Part shown: positions 35,841 through 54,895 of the stretch, piece after piece
How positions within the stretch are numbered: the stretch's first letter is position 1
How the letters are laid out: the number at the start of each line of letters is the position of its first letter
Assembly: GCA_002269645.1 (NCBI GenBank)
Contig: NIVC01000129.1
Span: 232,755 to 296,754, forward strand
Source of the DNA: Macrostomum lignano
Lineage: Eukaryota
Direction of reading: 5' to 3'
Length of the DNA stretch: 64,000 bases
Notes under the pieces: model-generated
Database searches by the model: none
What the model saw: only the letters and a program-made list of their open reading frames with translations
What the model was told of the DNA's origin: nothing
Translations under genes and position numbers: made by a program

Positions 35841-38800
35841 ACCCTTAACTCAACCTCTGTTTTCAGCTGTTTAGCTACTTTTTCTCTTTGTTTTCTTGCT
35901 TATTGGTTGAAAAGTTAATCTTGTATCATTAATAGCATTTGATAATACACTAGTGTGCTTGTGGTGGATTTACTGTTGCGGTGTTCTTTTAATTCAATTA
36001 TTTTAAGTTCTAAATCGTTGTCTTGTTTCACAATCATTTAATCCTGGACATGGTTGTTGGTTGTATAGTTGTTGGGTCAGAGAACTGAGTCTGGTGGATA
36101 TGTATCTAATTTCGAGGGGAAATCAATTAAACTAGTTATAATAGAGGCTCACCATAACTAGGCTCATATACATTACCACTGCAATGCACTAACATGCTAG
36201 GAATGACATGGGATCTTTAACTCGATGGTTTCAATTCGTGTCATGTCGTTTTCCCATTCACCTTTTCTTTTTCATGTAATACCGAATTGTACATGTACAG
36301 TACAAGTCTATAGAAAGTGAAAGTGGCACCTACATGTAGTCAATCTGTAAGAAGCAATATAAGCTTTATAATAAGTGATGAGGACGCACTTTTTCCCAAA
36401 TCCCGCGCTAGCACATGGGCTCTAAACTTACTTGCCTACTAACAGTGGGCAGTGGGCATTTTTATCCTTTTTCTGCGAATTTTCATAGAATCTATACTAG
36501 ATATAATGTCTGGCCATACTAGTAGTCATAATAACATAGGCGCAGCTTTTTGGGTCATAAATCATCGCTTTCGTAGCTGATCTGACAGCCACCTGCGCCT
36601 CACTCAGTGTTGAAGCGGGCGCCAGATGGTCTGAGAGGATGCGGGCGGTAGCTTTTTTCTCATCATTTTGACAGGCCATCAAGATTTATGAGGTCAGAGC
36701 CTATTGTTCGGATTCACTCAAGCGTGTGACAGCTTTGACAGCTATGCGTTTTACCCCTAAAAGTACCTTGGGATTAGCGATTAGCGATTTCTCTTCATTA
36801 TCTTCACTTTCTATTTAATAAGAGCTTTCTAATGTATATTTTTTCATTAATTTCTGTCAATCCTACGCGAAAAGTCATAAATCATTTTGTTGCGATTTTG
36901 AGTGATTTATGGCCGCACCTGTCATCTTTTTACGACCCTGTGGGAACTGATAGGATCTCTCGGTCACGTGATTCTGGGTAGCAACGAGCTTAGCGAATCA
37001 GAAAATTCGGCGCTCATTTTAACAAAACGGCTCAGCCAATCAGAATCGACGTGTTCCGTTATAACAAACTGCGGTCCAGTTGGCGGCTATTTAAACCGGA
37101 GTTTTTGGCCCGCTCGGACGCAACTTCTTCTTATTTTGGCTCGGGCCCAGCGCGCAACTTCTGGTTCCCGGAGCACGACCGTCGTTTCTTGATCCCCGGA
37201 TTGCAACTTCCCCCATCATCATCAAGGACGAGTCCCCCGGTCGACAGCAGCGAACATCCAGTTAAGAGCATCACCTGCTAGCTAACAGCGAAGATTGTGA
37301 CAGCATCATCCCGAGTCTACAGCTGCAGAGCATCGAGCCGATTCGGTCACTGTGGAATACCTGGTCTCCGGCTGTTGAGTTTCTGATTGGTTGGGTGAGA
37401 GGCTACCTAGACTTGCTTGATTGGGTGATCCCTTTTCTGTCCCCTGTTGCAGTAGCTGAATTAGGCGCACACTTTTGCTCATTTTGCTCAGTAGTGCTGT
37501 TGCTGAGGCAGGAATCATTCAATAATACTGCTAGTAGTCTAAGACTCCAATTCAATCTAAAGTGTGGAGTGAACTAAGGAGAAGGTTAAATCTAACAGTT
37601 ATCTTTGTCGGCTTTATTTCTTTGTTCGCCGATGGCTCAGATGAGTAGCTAAGCTAGTAGGCGCCGGTCACAGTGGACCAATGGCAAGGCAGTTCTCAGT
37701 CGACCAATCTAACAAATCAGTGAGCAAAACTGCCAAAAGTGCAGAATCGGCGCCAGAGATGTACTTTGTGCACTCTAGGGTAGCCAAGCGGCTCGGGTAA
37801 ATGAATCATGCGGTCTCTGAAGTTCGAGTTAGTCTATCATCAGCGCTATGAGAGGCTAGTTGGCGCGTTGAAGGCTAAAAGTACATATCTTCGTATTTAG
37901 CAATGTAATAGTACATGTAGCTACCCCATAGACTCGCCACCGCACGAATCCCCTGCACAAGTCCCCTCTGTACCTGCATGGCCAACGCGATCTAGTCCCA
38001 GCAGTGTCCCTTATCATCGGCTATGACTTCGAGATTGACAGCAAAAAGACACTAGTTGGCAGGTAAGTGCAAAGCCCCTTCTAGTCGGAAGCCCGATTTC
38101 GAGAGTCCCGGTGTGGTGAGCCAGGGCGCACGGGCTGGTGGCAGCAAGTTAGTTGATCTGCGGATTAGCTAATTTCTACTTTCAAAATTCTCCCTGCTCG
38201 TCTCTCGCTGTCCCTCTCTTAGCTATAGGACCTAGACTGCTCGCCACACGATCAAGCTACCATGGGGCTGACCATCTGACAGGAGTGGGGGGCCAGGTCT
38301 CTAATTGATTTATTTCTGAGCCTGAGGCCCGAAGGCTTCCCTAACAAGGAGCCCGAAGGTCGAAACCCATCATAAGCTAAATAGAAAGTATAGTGCAAAG
38401 CTACTCGGCATTACCGCGGTCAGCCGACCTCGGCCCGAGGTCGTCGGCCCGAGCTAGAACCGCCGTCAACCCGCCGAGCTCGGCCCGATCTCGGCGGACC
38501 GAGCTCGGGCCGAGCTCGCCTTTGCCACTGGGATGTATGTATACCGTAGTATATGTGTAAAGTACATGACTGATAAATAAAAGTAAACAAATCAGATATT
38601 ACATTTAGGTAATCAAAAGGAATAATGGATCGAATCAATTTTTAATAAAACTACAATATACTCGTACATGCACAGTACCTTCTGACCCTCTCTCAGCGTT
38701 GACATCGCAATCGACTCAGCAATTCTTCCCGTTAAGCCTTGTTGACATCTCAAAAATTCTTCCCAAGATGCTCCTTCAAAATGTACTTTTAGACATGTTA

Positions 38801-41435
38801 TTTCTATTTTATGTTTGACATGACGCTTAATATTTCTGTTTTACATGACGCTTCTTTTTTGACATGGCGCATCTTAATAATTCACGTTTGACATGATCCG
38901 CTTAATATCATGATGGCTACTTATATGGAGCACAAGGTTATTTAGTTGTCAGTCAATGAGAGTTTCGAGGCAAGGTCGTGCTTGCGGCCAGGCCAAATCG
39001 AGCGCTTGTATTTCGGAACTGAAAGAAGGCATACACACTGAAAGACTGGTATTGATATACTGGCTTACAACTCGAAGGATTAACAAAGTTTGGACATAGA
39101 CACAGTTTAAGCACATACGTATTGGCTGCATTAACGGATCAAAGCATAACACTTAATTCTTTTATGTACAGTGTATGTGTTTTATTTTAGTTTAAGATCA
39201 TATTAAAAAAGCTTAAAATAAAAAAACTTACTATTTCAATTTCGAACCAAACGTTACTGCATATTAGCAGTTCAGTCTGTTGACGTCTAGGCTAGCTCTC
39301 ATCTAACCGATGACATAAATTTTAGAACTTTTACCCTCAAATGCTTCAAACTCGGTTAAAGTACAATAAAATTGTTACACAAAGCATAATGTAATCTTTA
39401 TCAGAATCTACTTTAAGTAAGTCAGTTTTTAGCACTCTTATCCCGCATTTCAAGCCGAAAAGTAGGCTTGGCCTTGCACAAAAGCATGTTTTTCGAATAT
39501 TCTAATTAAGCATTGAGCAATTTCTTTAGCAACGACACTTGTACCCGTTGCAGGAAAATTTCTAATGGAACGGTGCAACTTTTATGAAAATCAGTTTAGC
39601 GATTTTTCATATTTTCATTTTTATTGCATACGTACATAGCTATGGAAAACCTTCTTATACTTTTAGCAATATATGGAAGGAATTAGAAAGAATTGAAGGA
39701 AAGATTGCACGGATCTTTTATAGACTCGTCATCTTCAGTGAAACAAAAAAAGTCTTTTTATGTTGTTTCATGTTAACTCGTGTGATAGGTGCGTCTCGAT
39801 GTTTATTGGAAACAATAGACTATAAAACTAAATTTACGACTTAAAGTATTTTAAGCAGCAAAATAAAAACTCAATATACAGTTTTTTATGCTTTTTGAGT
39901 ATTTTTTCTGTATGCATGCTTTGATCGATCCCTACCCTACGCTGTTACCTTAGCTTAAACCAACTTTTGTCGATATATTTTTACCGCCTTTAGTGTAAAA
40001 ATATAGATTATTTTACACTACAGAATTAAGAATATTGAATCTTAAATGCTTCTAATCAAGCCTAGATGCTTAAAGCCTATGCCTACAATGCTTCATGTCA
40101 AGCCTAGATGCTTAAAGCCTATGCCTACAGTACAGAGGCCCTTAAATTGAATTTTACTTACTAATAAAACTATAATAATGGCTTTTTCTATTATACCCTA
40201 TACTATAAACTATAAATATATTAGTTATTATTAAATAAACTAAATAGAAACAAAAGCTGTATTTTTTAAAGAAAGTAATTAAAAATATAAAAGTGAAAAA
40301 TTGTCCAGGCTTATTGCAATTGCAACTAATCTAAAAGTGGCCTTTTTAAGTAAGACAATTGTTATTATTTTAGTAACCATGTAAATAGAAATATAGGCCT
40401 AGGCCTAGTTATTTTATGGTTAACACATAAGAGATTATCTAGGCCTATGATCTATAGACATTCTTTCGTTTTACGATCCCTGAGCAGGTCAAGTTTTGTC
40501 TTACGATCCCTATTTAAAAAAGTTGAAACTTGAAAAGACACTCTAGTTTATCAAAAAAGTATGTTTCTTCACATTTATTTTCCAAGAACAAATCATTGCA
40601 ACTCATTTTCCAGTCAACCTAATTCATCACTGCAACTCACTTTTCAGTCAACTTGAGGATCGTTGGCGTAGCATTAGTTATGAAAGCACGTAGCTTATAT
40701 TCACTTTCATCATACGATCACTTAAATGGTAAAGTTATAGTTATATGTAGATGATCGCAAGACAAAACCGAAAGAGCTTGTCATATGAGAGAGATCATAT
40801 GACAAAAGTGAATAGATTACACATTCATCCCTGGCGAAGTTGCACCAGTTCATGGCAGCTTCCGATTCGAACTGATACATCTCCATCAATGACCTGCAGG
40901 GGTTTAAGAATGCAATTGTATTCATTGTAAGATTCGCGAGCACCGCTGTCGCCCCATGCGCTGCGCGCCCCGCCCCCCTTCACTTTCGTCATACGATCCC
41001 CCCATGCATTGGATATATGTGTTATACAGAGTGGTGATCGTATGACAAAAGTGAGGGGGGGCATGGGACAGTGTCGGCGCCCAAAAAGGCCATGCAAAAA
41101 GAGCCATGTAAAAAGTGGGTGGCTTTTGGTTTGCAGACATATTAGAGGCTGCAATTGATTGTTTGGTTGAAAGGGCTATTATAGCGATAATCTCCTACCA
41201 TTTTGTCATACAATCCCTCCAATACAGTTTTATTATTGGTGTGATTGTAAGTCGAAATCTACAAGCTCTTTCGGTTTCGTCTTGCAATCATCTGCATATA
41301 ACTTCACCATTTAAATGATCGCATAACAAAAGTGAATATAAGGACAGGCTTTTAACTTCTAGTGATAGATCGAAATTCGATTTTGATTTCAATATTCTGA
41401 ATTCCAATATACTAAAAATGAAAATCTTGCTTGTT

Positions 41436-41950
41436 TGTTTGTTTGTACGCAATCGATTAGAGAAAAAATGGCTGGACCGATTTTCATGAGACTTGCACTG
41501 TTCGATCAGAAATTTTCCCGTGACGGTACATGCATCGTGGCTAATAAATTGCTCGATGCTAAACGCATAAAATATTCGAAAAACATGCTTTTTTGCAAAG
41601 TTCAAGCAAACTTTTCGACTTGAAATGCATTGTAAGAATGCTAGAGAAAAAACTGACTGGTTGAATTATGATTCTGAAATAGATTGCATCATAACTGAAT
41701 TGTAACTCCGACTTGAATTGCGTCACAGTATTGAAAATGCTGTGTGGAAGCGTAGCACCAGACTTGATTTAGATTGCGTAACCATATTGTTAACTGATAC
41801 TGACTGACTGAGAAATTGTTTATGTCATAACTGCCTCGTGTGATTTACTCTATGCTTGGAGTTTTGAAACTCCAAATAGAAGTGCTAAAATTCATGTTAT
41901 CAAAACGATGAGAGCTAGCCTAGAGGTAAACAGACTGACTGCTAAATGCA
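41436..41950 (+). mobile_element. AT-rich dispersed repeat, probably a non-autonomous Helitron/Helentron-type element (copy A)
   Basis: (TTTG)n followed by ATGGCTGGACCGATTTTCATGAGACTTG. Aligns by eye over about 500 bp with the reverse complement of 51478-52050. The class assignment is inference. Confidence 0.55.
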
Positions 41951-42014
41951 GGGACGATGGTTCAAATTTTTAAAGAGTTTTTTTAATTAAAGTTTTTTAA
42001 CGCCAAGAAAACTA

Positions 42015-42530
42015 AAAAATCATGGAAGCGTCATGTAAAAAATCATAAAAGCGTTATGTAAAAAATCATAAAAGCGTCATGTAAAAAATCTTAGAAGCGT
42101 CATGTAAAAATTATAGAAGCGTCATGTAAACAATCATAGAAGCGTCATGTAAAAAATCACAGAAGCGTCATGTAAAAATCATAGAAGCGTCATGTAAACA
42201 ATCATAGAAGCGTCATCTAAACGATCATAGAAGCGTCATGTAAAAAATCATAGAAGCGTCATGTAAAAATCATAGAAGCGTCATGTAAACAATCATGGAA
42301 GCGTCATGTAAAAAAATCATAGAAGCGTCATGTAAAAAGCATAGAAGCGTCATATAAACAATCATAGAAGCGTCATATAAAAAATCATAGAAGCATCATG
42401 TAAAAATCATAGAAGCGTCATGAAAAATCATAGAAGCCTCATTTAAAGACTAATGAAAGTGTCATTTAAAAAATTAAGAAGCATCATGGTAGAATAAAAG
42501 AAGCGTCATGTCAGACATGAAAGGTGTCAT
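42015..42530. repeat. 22-23 bp minisatellite (AAAAATCATAGAAGCGTCATGT)
   Basis: Tandem copies. Confidence 0.95.
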
Positions 42531-42539
42531 GTAAAAATT

Positions 42540-43700
42540 AAATGCAGCTATAATGCTGTGCTAGGGAGAAAGACTGAGACGTCAAGGCTCTCAGAGAATA
42601 ACTAAGATTACGGGGGGGGGGGTTTCTGAGATGTTAAAGCAAAAGTCAGAAGCTACTTCAGAGTTCATATACTTTACTCAATTTTTTTATTACATTCTTT
42701 GTTGGCTCGCCACGGGGGGGGGGGCGCTGATAGAAGAAGAGTCATGTAAAAAATAAAAGTAGCACTATGTATACATAGAAGAAAAGTCATGTCGAAGTTA
42801 AAAGATTAATTTGGGAATTGCTACAATGTCAAAGCTTGGTGGAAATTGTTATAGTGCTGTGATTCTTAAAAAAGGAATCACTAAAATGTCAAGGCTTAGG
42901 GGAGAAGAATTGCTGAGATTTCAAGGCTTTAGGTTGGGTTAAAGTAACAGGGGATTTTTTAGATTTCAAGGTTTATGGGGGCCATCGCTGACATGTCAAG
43001 GCTTACGGGGGGAATAGCTGAGATGTCAAGGCTCACTGGGGTAAAAATGAGATTTCAAGGCTAAAGCCAGAAGCTACATGTAGTTTATTAAAAACTTTTT
43101 GTTACATTATTTGATGCCTCCTCAGGGGAGAGATCGCTGATAAAAAAACCGTAATGTAAAAAATAAAAAAAGCTTCATGTCGAAGTTAAGAGATTGATTT
43201 GGGAATTCCTACGATGTCGAGGCTTGCAGGGAATCGCTATAATGCTGTAGTAGTGCTATAATGACTCTTAGAGAGAATTACTGAAATTTCAATGCTTTAG
43301 GGTTAGGTTAGGGTTAGGGTTAGGGTTAGGCTAGGGCTAGGGTTAGGGTTAGGTTAGGGTTAGGGCTAGGGTTAGGTTTAGGTTAGGGTTAGGTTAGGGT
43401 TAGGGTTAGGGTTAGGGTTAGGCTAGGGTTAGGGTTAGGGTTAGGGTTAGGGTTAGGCTAGAGTTAGGGTTAGAAGGTTGACAGATATTTTTAGATTTCC
43501 AAGGCTTATTGGGGGCATTGCTGAGATGTCAAGGGGGGAAGTTGATATGTTAAAGCTTGTGGGGGGGTTGGAATTACTGACATTTCAAGGCTGACAAGTT
43601 TTGACAGGAGATTTTTTAAGATTTCAAGGATACCTGTAGCTTATTAAAAAAACGTGTATTGCATTTCTTTGGCTCCCCAACGGGGGGGGGCGTAGATTGC
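42540..43700. repeat. Diverged higher-order repeat (about 3 copies) built on the GCTGAGATGTCAAGGCTTAGGGGGAATT motif
   Basis: Recurring blocks at about 42680, 43095 and 43655. The same short motif forms the array at 54070-54895. Confidence 0.7.
43297..43473 (+). repeat. Interstitial telomeric repeat (TTAGGG)n, about 30 units with TTAGG and CTAGGG variants
   Basis: Seen directly. Confidence 0.97.
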
Positions 43701-43947
43701 TAGTTCAAAACTAATTTTACATCAAAATAATTTCAATTTTGATTTCAAATTTCAACACCATTCATCGAAAATCATTTCAAAATTTTGGTTATATTTTAAC
43801 AATTTAGACATTGATGATCATGCTACATGAGAAAGAAAATCTATAGGAAGTGAACTTACTTACTTACTTACTACTGACGGGGGGCGCAGGCGCCGCGAAT
43901 AGGCCGCGAGGCCCCTATCGCAACCCCAAGGTAAAGGAGCACAAGGA

Positions 43948-49029
<5,082 letters not shown>

Positions 49030-49849
49030 TTAGCCAGCAGCCAACTACTTAGCAGCCACCTGCCCCGCAAAAAAGCAGCAGGGGGGATCCGTCCCCCACC
49101 AGCAGACCAAGACGAGGAAGCTAGCCGCTTCCACGCCAGGCCAGAACGAAAAGGAGGGGGAAGAGCCTCCTCGAAAAACGAAAAGCTGGCGGATGTCACA
49201 GAGTCCCTCGGTTTAAGTTGCCGTTTGCCCCCCTATATAGGAAGTGAAAGGAAGTGCGGTTCAAAGACTCAGTGGGGAGGTGAGAATCGCCTTTTCAAGT
49301 AAGTTAAATCTTAAGTATTCTGGTTTAAACATATCAAAGATACTTTTTATAAAACATGTAAGCTCATACATGCAGAGGCAAGGTGTTAACCTTTTTGCAT
49401 GATTAGCAAAAAAGTAAAAATTTGTTAAGCTCAAAAATTTTGATTTCGATTTCGATTTCAATTTTGATTTTAATTTTAAGGAACCGAAAATTTCGATTTC
49501 GATTTCAATTTGAAAATTTATTTCAATCCATCACTACTAACTTTTATAAGACACAATATTTTTTGTTAAAACTAGCAATCTAGTGTGGCCCCCTTTCGGG
49601 GTGCCTAATAAGAAAGGAGCAAAAATAGTTCATGGAAAACAATAAAAAAATAAATAAACATATTTTCTTAAACACCAATTCCTTTTTTACTTTTAAAAAT
49701 CACCTTATTTGTGTAAAATTGTCATGGGCAAAGATGTTTGCAAAGTGAAAGAATTACTTTTTCTCTAAAATTAACAAATAGACAGCTTCCCCTAAATAGA
49801 AAATATTCACAAGACAGCAAGCACCCCCCTTACCTTTAAAGTAAACAAT

Positions 49850-50485
49850 CGCAGATAGCAAGCATCCTCTAATGCTCATAGCAAGCATTACCCCAGATAG
49901 CAAGCATCTGCAGATAGCAAGCATCCCCCAGATAGCAAGCATCCCCCAGATAGCAAGCATCTGTAGATAGCAAGCATCTGCAAACAGCAAGCATCCCCCA
50001 GATAGAAGCATCTACCCAGATAGCAAGCATTCTACAGATAGCAAGCATCCTCCAAATATTGTAGAAGTATCCACCCAGATAGCAAGCATCCTGCAGATAG
50101 CAAGCACCCCCAGATATTATAGAAGCATCCTGCAGATAGCAAGCACCCCCCCCCCCAGATATTATAGAAGCATCCTGCAGATAGCAAGCACCCCCCAGAT
50201 ATTATAGAAGCATCCTGCAGATAGCAAGCACCCCCCAGATATTATAGAAGCATCCTGCAGATAGCAAGCACCCCCCAGATATTATAGAAGCATCCTGCAG
50301 CTAGCAAGCACCCCTCATATTATAGAAGCATCCACCCAGATAGCAAGCATCCTATAGATAGCAAGAATCCCTAAATAGCAAGCATCCCTAGATAGAAAGA
50401 ATCCCATACATGTAGCCAGTATCCCCCCTTCCCAAATAGCAAGTATCCCCCCTTGAGAGCAAGCATCCTCCAGATAGCAAGCATC
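49850..50485. repeat. About 19-20 bp minisatellite (CAGATAGCAAGCATCCCCC)
   Basis: Diverged tandem copies. Confidence 0.9.
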
Positions 50486-50689
50486 CACAAGACTGCAAGT
50501 AGCTAGTTCAAATGTTACCTCCACTAATGCAATAATCGCTTTCTCAGGTTGTGCAACAATCCACGTCTTAGCAAGCGCAATAATCTCTTGTTTAGACAGC
50601 GCAATAATTAGCTTCTCAGCTAGTACAATAATCCTATACTCATCAAGTCTAAAAATTGATGTCTCAGCTAGTGCAATAGCCCTTTCTAA

Positions 50690-51375
50690 AATAGTCCAAT
50701 AATCTTTGGCTTATCAAGTGCAATAATCCTTGGTTTATTAAGTGCAATAATCATAGGTTTATCAAGTGCAATAATCCTTTCTTTATCAAGTGCAATAATC
50801 CTTGATTTATCAAGTGTAATATTCTGTGGCTTATCAAGTGCAATAATCCTTGGTTTATCAAGCGCAGTAATCTTTGACTTATCAAGTGCAATAATTCTTG
50901 GTTTATCAAGTGAAATAATCCTTGGTTTATCAAGTGCAATAATTCATAGGCTTATCAAGTGCAATAATCCTTGGCTTATCAAGTGCAATAATCTTTGGTT
51001 TATCAAGTGCAATAATCCTTGGTTTATCAAGCGCAGTAATCCTTGGTTTAACAAGTGCAGTAATCCTTGGTTTATTAAGTGCAATATATTTTAAGTTTAT
51101 CAAGTGCAATAATTTTTAGTTTATCAAGTGCCGTAATCCTCGGTTAATCAAGTGCAATAATCCTTAGTTTATCAAGTGCAATAATCCTTGGTTTTTCAAG
51201 TGCAATAATTTTTAGATTATTACACAAGTGAAATAATCCTTGGTTTATCAAGTGCAATAATCCTTGGTTTATCAAGTGCAATAATCCTTGGTTTATCAAG
51301 TGCAATAATCCTTGGTTTATCAAGTGCAGTAATCCTTGGTTTATCAAGTGCAGTAATCCTTGGTTTATCTAGCGC
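50690..51375. repeat. 24-bp minisatellite (TATCAAGTGCAATAATCCTTGGTT)
   Basis: Tandem copies. Confidence 0.95.
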
Positions 51376-51477
51376 CATAATCTAGGTCTTTTTAATTAGT
51401 TTTTTAATAAAAGCTTTCAATAAAAAACTTTATGCTACTTGTATTCTTTTATACACTATTATGATTTAAACCCAGGT

Positions 51478-52050
51478 TGCTGCATTAGCAATCCAGTGTG
51501 TTTACATCTAGGCCAGCTCTCATTGAAATTATAAATGAAGTTGTAGCACTTATATAATTCAACACTCACACCAAGTCAACTGAGTAAAAGTCACACAAAG
51601 CAGTTATGACATAATCAATTTCTTAGGCAAGTCAGTACCAGTCTATTAAAGTTAGCATTGTGGTTACACAATATAAATCAAGTTATTGTGCTATGCTTCC
51701 ACACTGCGTTTTCAATACTATGACGCAATTCAATTCAGTGTCAAAATTCAGCCAGTACATAGACGATAAATAAAAGGCCTATTGTGATGATGCAATCTAT
51801 TTCAGAATCAGAATTCAACCAGTCAGTTTTTTCTCTAGCATTCTTACAATGCATTTCAAATCAAAAGAGCTAACTTGACCTTTGCAAAAAAGCATGTTTT
51901 TCAATTTAATCCCTTTAGCATCAAGAAATTTCTTAGCCACATTGCATGTACCATCATGAAAAAATTTCTGATCAAACAGTGTAAGTTCGAACAATATCGG
52001 TCCAGCCATTTTGGCTAAAATCGATCACACACATACCAACAGACCATTTT
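51478..52050 (-). mobile_element. AT-rich dispersed repeat, copy B (inverted relative to 41436-41950)
   Basis: Its reverse complement shares, for example, TTGAAATGCATTGTAAGAATGCTAGAGAAAAAACTGACTGGTTGAATT with copy A. Confidence 0.55.
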
Positions 52051-54069
52051 TAGTATATTGGAAGGACAAGCATACAAACCTTAGAGTTTGAGTTTGAACT
52101 TAAAAAAATGGGGCAAAAAATCAAGTTTTTCGAATATTTAATCCCGAAAAAATGAAGCAATTTCTTAGCAAAATTTTCTGTACCAGTGCACCATAAATAC
52201 GCATCGAATGCAGCAAACCCCACAAAATTCGGACCACGCAAAGTCAAGTTAAACGAAGGTTCCTATAGATATATAGATAGGTAGATAGGTAGGTACATAG
52301 TTTTAATTTTTAATATATTGGATTGGAATGGATGACACACTTAGAAGTGGTCCCATTTTGAAGTTCGATTTTAAGAGCAATTTTCCATTCTCTGTAGGGG
52401 GATCGTATAACAAAAGTCCCGACTCCCATAGGGACAGTGCTATCTGATTGTAAAACGAAAGAATGCCAATTTATACTTGTTATTTTTACAGTTACTATAT
52501 AGATATAGGAAGCTAAATGGCTATTTTTATAGTCATGCTAGGAAAAGAATGTCAGTTAAATTCCCATGTAATATTTAACTATTACCTTAACTTTAAAGTA
52601 AGCTATTGCAATAGGAATCATTAGAAATTACTTTTGAATTGATACATTTATTAATGAGAATGTCATTTCTTTATTGTTTTTAATTTAACCACTTTTGTAT
52701 TTTTTACTACAAGTTGGCTATTTCATTTAGATAGTTTTTGTTTAAAGTATTGACTATAAAAACAACCACCTTACTATTAATATAGTCACTGTAATAATAA
52801 CAACTGCCTTTAAGAAAAGTAGGCTTATTTTATATATTTATTCTAGTAATATAATATTTTCCTAAATTTGTAAAGCACACTATCACTAGGCCCTAGCAGC
52901 TAGCCTTTGGATACCTTAGGCAACAAAACCCTATTGGAATAAAAGTGGAAAACCTACCGACATGCAACATAGGATCTAAAATTATAGTTTAGAAATGCAA
53001 TGTAACATAAAACATGTCAACTTTTATATCCAATACAGGCATAGTACTAATTAGCTGATGAGACATTTAGCTTCAAAAATAGTCAGTTACTCTTACCCTT
53101 TACCTAAGAATGCACCATGCCACAATACCACCTGCCTTGACTCTACTCTGATGTGACACTAGAAAATTCCAATATTGCAACACATGGTTAGACACCTTTT
53201 GTCTACTTTTTCCAATAGGGCAACAAAAATGACAGCATTAAAAGCTGGTAGCTAGCAATTGGAAAAGCATATTTTATAACTAAGTATAGAGATTTTCTAA
53301 ATGATTATAAATTTTTATTAAATTTTTGAAATATTATAAAAGTTTATAAACTGACTAAAACAGTTTCTTTTTTGTTTTGAAATTGCAACAAATCAGATAA
53401 AAATTATCAAATTGGCAGGTTTTAGTCTAGAAACTTTTACAGGATACCTTTTAGTTTCAAACTCAAATTATTTGCAGAACACTTACTTATAAAATGGTAA
53501 AAAGTGAAACTTAATATAAGTCTATTTATCCATAATACAGTATAATAGCCATCCTTTATAGCAATCTATGGATGGCTATTAAAGAGATCTAAATTTCTTT
53601 AGACTTTAGATCTATGGCAAAAAGAAAATCTTTGCTAGAGTTGTCATAAAGGCAATATGATTTTAGCTAAGAATTAAGTCTAGAAAATCTTTGCTATAGT
53701 TGTTAACAAGGCAGTATCATTTGAGCTGGTAGTAAAGCTACAATATGCTATTGATCTATTTTTTTGCCTCGACAATGTTGTGCTAGCAAATTAAATTAAA
53801 GTTGTAAAGCCAAACACATGCATCTTAAACAAAGCAAGTTGCAGTGCAAAAGAAAGGCTGAGGATAGTAGATTGCCAGGCAAAGGAGATGGAAGCAGAAT
53901 GGCAAGCTAGACTGGAAGAGTTGTGCCAGTATGTTTCTGAGAGCCGGACAAAAGAGACTGAAGCTGAACCTGCTTCATCACAAAAACTCTTATGTTTGCA
54001 GCTTCAAGGCTGCCATTAAAAGGCTAGATGAGGATCCAAGACTGCAGAATGCATCCCATGTGTTTCAAG

Positions 54070-54895
54070 GCTTTGGGTAGAAATCTAGTAATGTCAAGTT
54101 TTGGGAGGAATGGCTGAGATCTCAAGGCTTGGGAGAATTTCTGAAATATCAAGGCTTTGGGGGAGTTCCTGAGTTGTCAAGTCTTGGGTGGGGATTGCTG
54201 AGATGTCAAGTCTTGGGTGGGGATTACTGAGATGTCAAGTCTTGGGGAATGGCTAAAATGTCAAGGCTTAGGAGGGAATTGCTGAGATGTCAAAGCTTGG
54301 AGGGATTCTGAGATGTCAAGGTTTAGGAGGGAATTGCTGAGATGTCAAGGCATAAGAGGGAATTGCTGAGATGTCAAGGCGTAAAAGGGAATTGCTAAGA
54401 TGTCAAGGCCTAAGGGGGAATTGCTGAGATGTCAAGGCCTACATGGAATTGCTGAGTTGTCAAGGCTTGGTGGAGAAGTTCCAAAGGTGTCAAGTTTTGG
54501 GGTGAATGGCTGAGATGTCAAGGCTTATTGTGGGAATTTCTGAGATATCATTGGTAGAATTGCTGAGATGTCAAGGCTCACCAGGTAGAATTGCTAAGAT
54601 ATCAAGGCTCAGGGGGAAATCAATGAGATGTCAAGGCTTGCTGGGGTAATGGCTTATTGTGGGAATTGCTGAGATATCCAGGCTCATGGGGGGAATTGAT
54701 GAGATGTCAGGCTTACCAGGACAATTGCTGAGATGGCCTAAGAGGGAATTTATGAGATGTCAAAGCTTAAGAGGGAATTTATAAGATGTCAAGGCTTAAG
54801 AGGGAATTTATGAGATGTCAAGGCTTGGGGGAATTATTGAGATGTCTAGGTTTGGTGGGGGAATTGCTGAGATGTCAATGCTTACTGGAGGAACT
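54070..54895. repeat. About 28-bp diverged minisatellite (GCTGAGATGTCAAGGCTTAGGGGGAATT)
   Basis: Tandem copies. Confidence 0.9.

Noticed and set aside
36560-36660. HxLR motif (HPLRPSGARF) suggesting a tyrosine recombinase remnant
   Set aside because: A four-residue match interrupted by stops, with no other recombinase motifs.
38420-38532. GC-rich cluster of CCGAGCTCGG palindromes ending in CCACTGGGA
   Set aside because: Looks like one end of a DNA element, but no partner end was found.
43297-43854. Telomere-targeted retrotransposon (SART/TRAS-like) hypothesis
   Set aside because: The LINE ends about 380 bp from the TTAGGG array and its TSD (TATAGGAAGTGAA) is not telomeric.
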